This document shows positions 8,889-17,523 of a DNA stretch of 58,599 bases, piece by piece. The position numbers and the translations under genes were made by a program. The DNA is taken from contig CAZNVB010000150.1 of NCBI GenBank assembly GCA_964576265.1, forward strand, positions 1-58,599. Reading direction: 5' to 3'. Position 1 is the first letter of the stretch. The number at the start of each line of letters is the position of its first letter. This DNA is from an uncultured Eubacteriales bacterium (GTDB lineage: Bacteria > Acidobacteriota > Aminicenantia > Aminicenantales > UBA8522). The notes beneath the pieces were generated by a model. It did no database searches. It had not been told where the DNA came from and saw only the letters and a list, made by a program, of their open reading frames with translations.

Positions 8889-10516
8889 CTGCTTTCACGG
8901 AAGACGTTGATATTCTGGCGCTCCCGGCCGACGCCCATGACCCGGTCGAGGCCGGCCAGCGAGTTTTCGTAATCGGTCAGCGCCTTGATCTCCAGGGTCT
9001 GAGCATTGGCCAGATCTCTCTGGAACTGAAGGACGGTGTAATTCGTGCTCATCCCGACGGCGAGCTTTTCCAGCTCGGCCTCAAGCTTTTTCTGGGCCAG
9101 CTCCCGAGCGGCGCGGTAGGCTTCGATTCTCTGAAAGTTCGTTTCCACCGCCCGGAGAGCGTTGCCGAGCTCGAGCGTCAGTTGCTGTTCCTGGTTTTTA
9201 ATCTTGAGCTTGGCCTGCTCGAGGCTGATCTTTGCCTGAGCGTGATAGGCGCGGGAGAGAATGTTGCTGACCGGAAGAGTGACCGTCAGACCGACGGAAG
9301 AATTTTTGTACGCGAAATGGAACGCGTCCTGGAGAGCGGAAGATCTTTTCCCGGGGATCTTGCCGATGACGACTCCGGAAAGGGCGTTGTTGTCTTTATA
9401 AAGGATTTGGTCGCCCGAAATTCCCGGGCTCCAGTAGGAAAGCTGGAGACGGACATCGGGCAGGAGCTGGTTTCTGGCATAGCTCAGGGTAAACTCGCGG
9501 CTTCTTGAATCGATCTGCAGCGCCTTGAGGTCAGGCCGGTTTCGGAGCGCCGTCTCGAGAGCGGAGTCGAAATCCAGGTCCACCTTTTCGACCTGGGGTC
9601 TGTCGGTGGGGACGATCTTGATGTTTTTGACGTCGTCCATCTCGGCCGCGAGATTGACGATCGTCTTCAGCAGTTCTTCGTAATTCTTGACCTGGGCTTC
9701 GGCTTCGAGGATTTCGGCCTTCCTCAGGCTGACCTCCGCCTCGGCCGTCAAGAGTTCGATCGGAGGAAGCGTGCCGGCCTCGATCTCCGCTCTGTTCTTT
9801 TCCAGGAGCCTCTCGGCGAGCCGGAGCGACTGCCGGACGACATTCAGGTTTTCCCGGCTGTGGACAAGGCCCCAGTAGGCGATTTTGACCCGGTAGATCG
9901 TGTCTTCAAGGGTCTGATTGAGATTCTCTTCCGAGATGTCGCGGTTGAATCCCGCGACGATGATTTCCCGGCGGCTCATCTTGAACCCGAAATCCTTGAG
10001 GAGGGGCTGGCTGAAGTTGAAGCGCAGCGTGCTTCCATAGCGCGGGTTGATCGTCTGGAAGCTCCGGTTGGAGTTGATCAGATAGTTGTAGAGGCTTGCG
10101 GATAATGTCCCGCCGGTCGGAAGGAGCTGGGAAAGCTGGGTCGTGTTGTCGTTCTGGAAGGTCGTGACGACGTCGGAGGCGTCGAGAAAGGAGTAAGACG
10201 CGTTCTTCGTATTCTGTCTGTTATAGCTGAAAGAGATGGAGGGGAAAAACTTCTCACCGGCCAGGTCGGCGACTTCATCGAGGATTTTCGGGGTCAGCAT
10301 TTCCGCCGCCAGACCGAGGTTGTTCCTCATCGTCTTGAAGATGCATTCATCGAGGGAGAGTTCAAGGATTCTCTGACCTGCCTGAGGATTCGGTGCGCCC
10401 TCTTGTTCAGGCGAGCCGGAAAGCGGCCCCGCGCCCGAGGCAAAAGTCAGGACAAAAAGCCAAAAAATCAGGGAAACCGAGAACCCTGTGGCCGAGATTT
10501 TTTTTTGCGCGTTCAT
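8885..10516 (-). CDS. TolC-family outer membrane efflux protein
   Basis: It has a signal peptide and a duplicated coiled-coil/beta architecture typical of OMF proteins (…LTAEAEVSLRKAEILEAEAQVKNYEE…, …YRAARELAQKKLEAELEKLAVG…). The track starts at TTG 10522. ATG 10516 has GGAGA 6 nt upstream. Confidence 0.9.
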   Translation of the reverse strand: MNAQKKISATGFSVSLIFWLFVLTFASGAGPLSGSPEQEGAPNPQAGQRILELSLDECIFKTMRNNLGLAAEMLTPKILDEVADLAGEKFFPSISFSYNRQNTKNASYSFLDASDVVTTFQNDNTTQLSQLLPTGGTLSASLYNYLINSNRSFQTINPRYGSTLRFNFSQPLLKDFGFKMSRREIIVAGFNRDISEENLNQTLEDTIYRVKIAYWGLVHSRENLNVVRQSLRLAERLLEKNRAEIEAGTLPPIELLTAEAEVSLRKAEILEAEAQVKNYEELLKTIVNLAAEMDDVKNIKIVPTDRPQVEKVDLDFDSALETALRNRPDLKALQIDSRSREFTLSYARNQLLPDVRLQLSYWSPGISGDQILYKDNNALSGVVIGKIPGKRSSALQDAFHFAYKNSSVGLTVTLPVSNILSRAYHAQAKISLEQAKLKIKNQEQQLTLELGNALRAVETNFQRIEAYRAARELAQKKLEAELEKLAVGMSTNYTVLQFQRDLANAQTLEIKALTDYENSLAGLDRVMGVGRERQNINVFRESR

Positions 10517-10760
10517 CGCCAATCTCCGTCCGCTATCATTCGCTTTCTTGAATAGGAAGCCGAGTTTTTATTTCCCCGAGGTCTGTTCGCCGGCCCTTCG
10601 GACCGGAGGCGAAACCGATCCTCGCACCGCCGGCGGGCGTTCTCTCGCCATGAATAGACTCCATCTTCTTAATTTTAGACTCTTCGATTCCCGTTTTCTT
10701 CCCTTTTTTCAGTCCCGCCGGAAAAGATCTGTTGATCTTCCGCTTTGGTTTCCGCTCCGA

Positions 10761-13361
10761 TCACCGCAGCAGGGCGTTGAAGAGGAGCTTGAATGTTCCA
10801 TGCGTCTGGCAGCGGTGCTGGGTCCGGAACCCGATCAGGATCGTTCGACCTTTCCCGAGCCCGACGGAAACCATGGCCGCCTTTTTGGCCAGGCGTTTTT
10901 CCCCGATCAGCCAGCCGCTCTGAAGCACATCTCGTTCAGGGTAGCGAACCACCGTCTCGCAGCGCTCATTGTGAGCGCTGGGGATGATTTCAAAGGCCGG
11001 GTTCGACCAGAAAAGGACCAGCCCTTCAGCGGGCATTCCATAGGCTAGGGGGTGGGTATTGTTGATAGCGACCTTAAGGGTGGATCCGGGACAAAAAAAC
11101 TCTTTCGGGCTTGCTTGGGCGGTTGCATTCCGGACGTTCAGTCCGAGTTTCTCGATGGCAAAATTCGAGGCATCCCCCAGGGCGACCAGGGTTCCGCCTT
11201 TTTCAACAAAAGATTGAAGAGCTTCGACTCCCTCTTTGCCGAGGCCGCTCCGGTATTCGGACGGATAGATCGGCATGCGGCCGCCGTAAGCTTCCGGCGA
11301 TTCGCCCATGAGGATGTTCGTCGTATCGTGAGGCAGGATGAGGACGTCGTATCTGGCGTTCAGGTTTCCCTTTTTTATTTCGGCGTCCATAACAGTGATA
11401 TAGGGGAAGGAGAATTGTTCAAGAAGAAGACGGGTCCAGCCTTCGTCCGCGTTTCCTCCCCAGTAGCGCTGGTAAAGACCGGTGCGCAGGCGAGCGACCT
11501 CATGGACTCCCTGACCCGGCAGTCGGTCGAGGGGACGAAAATCGACGCCTGTTTTCTCGGCCACGGCGGCGAGGATTGCGGCCGGCTCCGGGGCGAGGAC
11601 AAAATCCCCGGCTCGGGCCTCAAACCCGGGGAGCGGCGTGTCGATGCGGCGGACAGAGATCCCGCGGTCGAGAAGGAGATTGACCGCTTTGAACGAGGCG
11701 TTCAACCGGCCGTCGAGAAGGTATCCGGCGCCGGGGGATTCGACTTTCCCTTTCATGGGAATATCGGCAGTCAGCGGGACGAAGCTTCCGTCCGGCATCT
11801 CGTCCAGCGCGTCGACGCGGACTCCCATGAATTCGGCCATGGTGTGAGTCGCCGTGTCGTAGGGCCGAAGCGGAGAGCCGTCCCTGTCGCGGGTCCAGGG
11901 GCTGTCGGTGTAAAGAGTTCGGCCGAGGAGGTTGCGGATGAGCCCCATTTTCGGCTGGGCGAGCGAGACGAGGAAGGTTCCCGCGGGATAAAGGACTCGC
12001 CCGGCAAAAAATTCTTTGCTTGCCTGGAGGATTTCAATCCCCGAGAGCCGGAGCGTGTTGATCATTTTGATCGCCGTCAAGCGGTCGTGCTGCCAAGGGG
12101 GGATGACGTAGGCCGCCGGTTTTCCTTTGGCGCCTCTCTCCGTTTGCCGTTTGGCTTTCAGGACGGCGTTCCTGAGCACGGTCTCCCGGTTTCTGGCGGC
12201 AATGTCGAGAACAGCCCAGCTCGAGATCTTCTGCTGTTCGACGATATCCCGAAGCTTCCACCAGCCGCCCGGCCAGGGGTTGGGGAAGGTCGTCTGGGCC
12301 TCGTACTCCGGAAATTGGAGGGTGCTGCCGCGCAGCTGCTCGGGATGGACATAGAGAGGCGTCGCCAGGTTGGCGTTGGCCGATTCGGTCAGCATGCCGG
12401 CGATATTGTGGAACGGGGTGATCCAGTGCCAGCCGAAATGGCCCCAGCCCGGAAATTGAGCGGCGTTGAGGATGCCGGACTTGCCCGCTTCTTCGAGCCT
12501 ATAGGCCATGTGGGCGCCGTACCAGCTGAGCTCACGCCAAATCAGCGGGTCGGCGTAGGGTCGGAGCGGCTCGCTGTAGGGGGGAACGTAAAGTCGGGCC
12601 CCGTAGCCGCCCATATGATGGTGATCGACATAGGCCTGAGGAATCCATTCGCGGAAGAGGATTTTGGCGGCGTAGACGGACTCGACGAGGTTGATGAAAT
12701 CGGCGTCCCTGTTGTTATCGTGCCCGGCGTATTTGTGATAAAGCCACGGCGGGCTTGTTCCTTCGCTTTCTGTGCCGAGCGTCCTATTGTACCAGTCGGC
12801 GACCATGATTTGACCGTCCGGGTTGAAGCAGGGGATGAGGAGAAAAATCACGTTGTTGAGGATGCGCACGGTTTCCTCGTCGGACCGGCTGACGAGGTCA
12901 AAAGCCAGCTCAGGAGCCATCTGGGTGCCGCCGATCTCGGTCGCATGGAGGCTCATGGACTGGCAGATGACGGCCCGGCCCTCGGCGATCAAAGATTCGA
13001 TTTCTGCGTCGGAAGCGCCCCGCGGGTCGCTGATCCGGGCGTTGATTTCCCTCAGCCGGTCGAGAGAAGCGAGATTTCGCGGCGCGGTGATGATCACCAG
13101 AAGAAATGGGTGGCCCTCGGTCGAAGGGCCCATGTTGAGGACTTTCATCTTATCGCTTTCTTTCTCCAGGAGGGCGAAGTAGTCGACGATCCTGTCCCAG
13201 CGGGCGATCTTGCGGTCGGTGCCGAGTTCGAACCCGAAATACTCACGAGGGGAGGTGATCTTTTGTTGAGCTTCCGGAGATGAAACGAGTGTTCCGAGCG
13301 CGAGAAGGGTCAGGATAAGAAGACGATCAAAGGCAGGTCCAATTTTCAGGCGTTGTCTCAT
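10761..13361 (-). CDS. M14-family zinc carboxypeptidase-like protein with a long C-terminal extension
   Basis: An HxxE zinc motif is present in SMSLHATEIGG. The N-terminal region SPREYFGFELGTDRKIARWDRIVDYF...NMGPSTEGHPFLLVIIT fits the family. I moved the start to ATG 13361 (AAGGAGA SD), which gives the signal peptide MRQRLKIGPAFDRLLILTLLALGTLVSSPEAQQ. Confidence 0.8.
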   Translation of the reverse strand: MRQRLKIGPAFDRLLILTLLALGTLVSSPEAQQKITSPREYFGFELGTDRKIARWDRIVDYFALLEKESDKMKVLNMGPSTEGHPFLLVIITAPRNLASLDRLREINARISDPRGASDAEIESLIAEGRAVICQSMSLHATEIGGTQMAPELAFDLVSRSDEETVRILNNVIFLLIPCFNPDGQIMVADWYNRTLGTESEGTSPPWLYHKYAGHDNNRDADFINLVESVYAAKILFREWIPQAYVDHHHMGGYGARLYVPPYSEPLRPYADPLIWRELSWYGAHMAYRLEEAGKSGILNAAQFPGWGHFGWHWITPFHNIAGMLTESANANLATPLYVHPEQLRGSTLQFPEYEAQTTFPNPWPGGWWKLRDIVEQQKISSWAVLDIAARNRETVLRNAVLKAKRQTERGAKGKPAAYVIPPWQHDRLTAIKMINTLRLSGIEILQASKEFFAGRVLYPAGTFLVSLAQPKMGLIRNLLGRTLYTDSPWTRDRDGSPLRPYDTATHTMAEFMGVRVDALDEMPDGSFVPLTADIPMKGKVESPGAGYLLDGRLNASFKAVNLLLDRGISVRRIDTPLPGFEARAGDFVLAPEPAAILAAVAEKTGVDFRPLDRLPGQGVHEVARLRTGLYQRYWGGNADEGWTRLLLEQFSFPYITVMDAEIKKGNLNARYDVLILPHDTTNILMGESPEAYGGRMPIYPSEYRSGLGKEGVEALQSFVEKGGTLVALGDASNFAIEKLGLNVRNATAQASPKEFFCPGSTLKVAINNTHPLAYGMPAEGLVLFWSNPAFEIIPSAHNERCETVVRYPERDVLQSGWLIGEKRLAKKAAMVSVGLGKGRTILIGFRTQHRCQTHGTFKLLFNALLR

Positions 13362-13549
13362 GGCTGATTCTCCTTTTAAGAGATCATTTAAGGAATCAAG
13401 CCCTAACAATCAAGCTCTAACAATTAACAAATCCTATTTAAGGGATCAAGTTTTATTGTAAAAGAAAAAGAAATATCAAGTTCAGCTGGCGGTTAACGAA
13501 TCGCTCTTGACGACCGGCGAAGACTTGATCCTATGTCCGAAAAAAATCG

Positions 13550-13578
13550 TTGCCATCGAGCCCGGAAAGACATATATT
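13550..13578 (+). promoter_or_regulatory. Sigma70-type promoter candidate, TTGCCA-17 nt-TATATT
   Basis: TTGCCAtcgagcccggaaagacaTATATT lies about 40 nt upstream of AGGAGG (13609-13614) and ATG 13620. Confidence 0.4.
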
Positions 13579-13619
13579 TATTATTCTCGAGAATGATGAT
13601 TGATTGAGTAGGAGGACAC

Positions 13620-15392
13620 ATGGGTTATCGCGACCGAAAAAAACGCCGCCCGGCGGCAGCGCTTCTCCTCTGTCTTTTTCTTTTTTCGCCCCTGATCGCC
13701 CGGGCCGGGGCGACTAACGAATGGACGACCTGGCCGCCGCGCCAATACCTGATCCAGTCCCTTGTTAAGTCCGTCGATGAAATCCTCAAAACCTACCACC
13801 CCGAGACCGGCCGGTTCGGCACCGACCCCTGGATTTGCGGCGACCAGAATGTCATTTTTCCCCTGGCCGCCGCCTGGTCGATCAAGGATCCGGCGAACCC
13901 CTACTATCATGACAAGAAGCTTCTTGCGGTCATCGCCAAAGGAGGGGAGGCCCTGGTCGACGACCAGGACGCTGAGGGAAAGTGGATTTTCCGGAAAAAA
14001 GACAATTCCACCTGGGGGATGATCTTCATGCCCTGGACCTACAGCCGCTGGATTCGGGCTTATGTCCTCGTCAAGGACGCTCTTCCTAAAGCTTCCCGGG
14101 CCAAATGGGAAAAAGGACTTCTCCTCGGCTTTAAAGGAATCCGCCGAGACGAGATCAAGCGGGTTCATAACATCCCCTGCCACCATGCCATGGCTCTCTA
14201 TATCGCCGGCCTGGCCTTCAAGAACGAAGAATGGAAGAAAGCCGCCTGGGATTTCCAGCAGAAGGTGATGGCCGAACAATCTGCCGACGGCTACTGGTCG
14301 GAAAATTCAGGACCCGTGGTCAGCTACAACATGGTTTATCTCGACGCTTTGGGCACCTACTATGCGTTTTCCAAAGACCCGGCGGTTCCCGAAATCCTCC
14401 GTCGGTCGGTGAAGTTTCACAGCGCCATTCTCTGGTCGGACGGAAGTTCGGCCGCGGCCATCGATGAGCGGGTGATTTATCATAAAAACATCAACATCGG
14501 GAATGTCGGGTTCACGTTTTCGCCTGAAGGCCGAGGCTTTGTCTTGAGTCAGCTCTGGAAGGAGAGCGAGGGCGGGAAAAAGCCGGTGGGCGGGGATTAT
14601 GCCGCGAGCCTGCTCCTCTACGGCGGGCGGGGTGATATCGCTCCCCTGCCTCAGACTCAAGCCCAGGGGGTTTCCGTCATCGGCCAAAACGATGCCGTCC
14701 TCGTCCGCAACGCGCCCTGGGAGTGGGCCTTTTCGGCTTTCACCACCAAGCCGATCCAGAATCGCTGGATCCAGGACCGCCAGAATTATATCGATCTGTT
14801 CCACGCCGCGCTGGGGGTTGTCGCCGGCGGCGGCAACACCAAGCTTCAGCCTTACTGGTCGACGTTCACGGTCGGCGACCCGGCCTTTCTGAGGCATAGA
14901 GAAGGCGAGGAGGAACCGAACTTCCTTCCGGCCATCGACCTGAAATGGACGGCCGATAAAGCCGTGATCACCCGGAGCGGGAACCCGACGGAGATGAATC
15001 TGACTTACGGGGACATCGTTTGCTCCGTGGCCGTCGAGGTCATGCCCAGCGGCCAGCTGGCCGTTCTGACCTACAAAGCTCCCGAGGGAAAAAAGATTGA
15101 AGCTCACCTGCCGTTGATGAAAATCGCGGATACGGTGAAGACGGCCAAGGGTGCTGAATTTACGCTCGGTGATGGAGAACTGGTCCTCGACGGCCGCAAC
15201 ATCGGCGATCATTTCGATTTCGGCCGCCTGCGGGTCGTGATTCCTAACGGCGCGACGTTGCGCTGGCCGGCGAGGCAGCACAACCCCTACACCAAGGACG
15301 GCCGTTCCCAGCTCAGCGACGCCAAGCTCGTCCTCTGTCTTCCTTTTGAGAAGACGGGAAGCCAGACGGTCATGCTCTCGGTTTATCAATAA
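13620..15392 (+). CDS. Secreted hypothetical protein (helical-repeat/toroid-like N-terminal half, beta-rich C-terminal half); family not recognised
   Basis: 590-aa ORF with a strong SD and a signal peptide (AAALLLCLFLFSPLIARAGA). GC3 bias is consistent with coding. Segments such as AEQSADGYWSENSGPVVSYNMVYLDALGTYY resemble alpha/alpha-toroid glycan-active enzymes, but no diagnostic motif was identified. Confidence 0.7.
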   Translation: MGYRDRKKRRPAAALLLCLFLFSPLIARAGATNEWTTWPPRQYLIQSLVKSVDEILKTYHPETGRFGTDPWICGDQNVIFPLAAAWSIKDPANPYYHDKKLLAVIAKGGEALVDDQDAEGKWIFRKKDNSTWGMIFMPWTYSRWIRAYVLVKDALPKASRAKWEKGLLLGFKGIRRDEIKRVHNIPCHHAMALYIAGLAFKNEEWKKAAWDFQQKVMAEQSADGYWSENSGPVVSYNMVYLDALGTYYAFSKDPAVPEILRRSVKFHSAILWSDGSSAAAIDERVIYHKNINIGNVGFTFSPEGRGFVLSQLWKESEGGKKPVGGDYAASLLLYGGRGDIAPLPQTQAQGVSVIGQNDAVLVRNAPWEWAFSAFTTKPIQNRWIQDRQNYIDLFHAALGVVAGGGNTKLQPYWSTFTVGDPAFLRHREGEEEPNFLPAIDLKWTADKAVITRSGNPTEMNLTYGDIVCSVAVEVMPSGQLAVLTYKAPEGKKIEAHLPLMKIADTVKTAKGAEFTLGDGELVLDGRNIGDHFDFGRLRVVIPNGATLRWPARQHNPYTKDGRSQLSDAKLVLCLPFEKTGSQTVMLSVYQ

Positions 15393-15511
15393 AGCGCGCC
15401 GTCGCGTCTTCCTTGCCTCTTCTCTCGCCAAGGAAGGAGAATCAAAAGTGAGCGGCCTCGACCGAGGCGACGGCCGAAGCCGCTGAAGGCTGGAAAGAAG
15501 GAGATGGAGCT

Positions 15512-17410
15512 ATGCTAAGAAAAAACAGAATTGGAATTTTCGCGGCAATCGTATTGGTCATCGTTTTTCTTGCGGCTTGCGGCCCGAAGATCCGGTATGT
15601 CGAGAAGGCGGAGGTCCGATCGATCGGCATCCCCGTCAAGTCGGTCAACTGGGTTCGACACCATTTTGGTCTGAACAGGGACGGCGAGCCCCGCATTTAT
15701 CTCACCATGGGCCAGCAGGCGGACAATTTTTTCCTGGTCGAGGTCAACCCTGAAACAGGGGCCTGCCGCCAGTTCATCGCCCAGGGAAAAGAGGCGAACT
15801 ACCCGACCGCCACCCTGATGAGCCGCGCCGGAGTTCTCTATGTCGGCGGTTCCTACGCCGGACGGCTCTATCGTTTTGATCCGCGGAAGGACATCCTTGA
15901 AGACTGCGGCCCGATCAACCCTGAAAAGGCCGTTTTTCCCTGTGCGATCGATGAAGACAAGAGCGGCCGAATTTGGATCGGAAGCTACGGCACGGCCGAC
16001 CTGACCTCTTTTGATCCCCAAACCGGCGAGTTCACCCGTTATGGCCGGATGGATGAAGTCGACATGTACAATTATCCGCTGGTCAACGCCGACGGGATGA
16101 TCTGCAACCGAATTGCCCAGACCAGGCCGAAGTGCGTCGTCCTGGATCCTAAAACAGGGAAAAAGCAGGTCGTCGGGCCGGTGGCCGTCAAAGGCCAGGA
16201 CACGTTCGAGCTTCGCAAGGACGAGAAGGGCTGGGTTCACATCGTCTCCAGCCTGGGAAATTTCCGGATCCAAGGTTTTACGGCTGTGCCGGAAAAAGAT
16301 GCGCCCCAGGCGGTTTCCCGTCCGGCGTTTGGGAACATCAAAGATGTCAGATTCGTTGGCGGCGAGATCGAGCCGTATAAAAAGATGGAGGTCACGACTC
16401 TCGACGGCCGCTCCCGCATCCTTGACCTTGACTATCAAACGGCGGGAACCGAGATCTTCTATATTCACCGGGGTCCGGACGACCTGATCTACGGCTCGAG
16501 CATCCTGCCGCTCCATCTTTTCCGCTATAACCCGGCGAGCGGCGAGCTCGTCGACCTCGGCCGGGCTTCCTCGGCCAACGGTGAGGCCTATTCCATGGCC
16601 AACCTGGAGGGGAAAATCTATATTTCTTCCTATCCCGGTGCCACTCTTTCGGTCTATGATCCGACTCTTCCCTATCGTTTTGACGAGACACCCGACAGCA
16701 ACCCCAAAGATCTGGGCCGAATCGACGAGATCTCCTACCGACCCCGCTCGACGCTCACCGGTCCGCTCGGTCGCGTCTGGGTTGCCTCCGTTCCGGACTA
16801 CGGGCTTTGGGGCGGCCCGCTTTCCTGGTATGATCCGGCGAGCGGCGAGAAGAAGGCGTATTACCGGATCGTCGGCGACGGGAGCTGCTACACTCTGGCT
16901 CATCTCGACGGAGTCCGCCTCATCGCCGTCGGGACGACGATCCATGGAGGCTCCGGAACCCTTCCCAAGGTCGACCAGGCCGTGCTTTTCCTCTGGGACT
17001 ATCAGGCTGAGAAAAAGGCCTGGGAGGGGACGCTGGATCGGCCGGTCGAGACGTTCAATGCTCTGCTCGCCCTGCCGAACGGAAAGCTCCTGGGGACGGT
17101 CGTCGGCGGCGATAAACCCGAACTTTTCCTCTTCGATCCTGTCTCAAAAAATTTCGAAAAACGGGTCGATCTGCCTGCCGGCCGGCCGCTCGACCTCGGC
17201 CTCGAGCTCGGGCCCGACGGAAAAGTCTACGGGTTTACGACGGATTGCCTTTACCGGCTCGATCCCGGAACTCTGGTGGCGGCCGAGATCCTGTGTCAGG
17301 ATGGAGGCTTCGATATTGCCGGCCCCATCCTCGGCCGGGAGATTTATTTCGCCAAGAAAGCCGAATTGCGGTCCATCCGGCTCTTCGAACATCTTCCCGA
17401 GAAACGATAG
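15512..17410 (+). CDS. Lipoprotein with a beta-propeller-like repeat domain (function unknown)
   Basis: A lipobox is present: IVLVIVFLAAC. Blade-like motifs recur: GVLYVGGSYAGRLYRFDP, GRIWIGSYGTADLTSFDPQTGEF, DLIYGSSILPLHLFRYNPASGEL and GKVYGFTTDCLYRLDP. It is collinear with the C-terminal 600 aa of the 48952..51963 protein. Confidence 0.8.
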   Translation: MLRKNRIGIFAAIVLVIVFLAACGPKIRYVEKAEVRSIGIPVKSVNWVRHHFGLNRDGEPRIYLTMGQQADNFFLVEVNPETGACRQFIAQGKEANYPTATLMSRAGVLYVGGSYAGRLYRFDPRKDILEDCGPINPEKAVFPCAIDEDKSGRIWIGSYGTADLTSFDPQTGEFTRYGRMDEVDMYNYPLVNADGMICNRIAQTRPKCVVLDPKTGKKQVVGPVAVKGQDTFELRKDEKGWVHIVSSLGNFRIQGFTAVPEKDAPQAVSRPAFGNIKDVRFVGGEIEPYKKMEVTTLDGRSRILDLDYQTAGTEIFYIHRGPDDLIYGSSILPLHLFRYNPASGELVDLGRASSANGEAYSMANLEGKIYISSYPGATLSVYDPTLPYRFDETPDSNPKDLGRIDEISYRPRSTLTGPLGRVWVASVPDYGLWGGPLSWYDPASGEKKAYYRIVGDGSCYTLAHLDGVRLIAVGTTIHGGSGTLPKVDQAVLFLWDYQAEKKAWEGTLDRPVETFNALLALPNGKLLGTVVGGDKPELFLFDPVSKNFEKRVDLPAGRPLDLGLELGPDGKVYGFTTDCLYRLDPGTLVAAEILCQDGGFDIAGPILGREIYFAKKAELRSIRLFEHLPEKR

Positions 17411-17501
17411 AATCCCGCTGGCCGCTGATCTCCTTCCAGGGTTTGATGTTAATCCCACATTTCGTCGTCTACCCTGACGATTATTAAGCTGCCAAATCGT
17501 G

Positions 17502-17507
17502 TATAAT
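17502..17507 (+). promoter_or_regulatory. Perfect -10 hexamer TATAAT upstream of the sulfatase-like gene (no convincing -35)
   Basis: gtgTATAATaaattgagcgaaatcgATG. The -10 ends 16 nt before ATG 17524 and no SD is visible, implying a very short leader. Confidence 0.25.
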
Positions 17508-17523
17508 AAATTGAGCGAAATCG

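Noticed and set aside
15407-15436. Hairpin CTTCCTTG-N13-CAAGGAAG just after the stop of 13620..15392, considered as a terminator.
   Set aside because: No U-tract follows, and the next gene is co-directional 75 nt downstream. This is insufficient to call a terminator.
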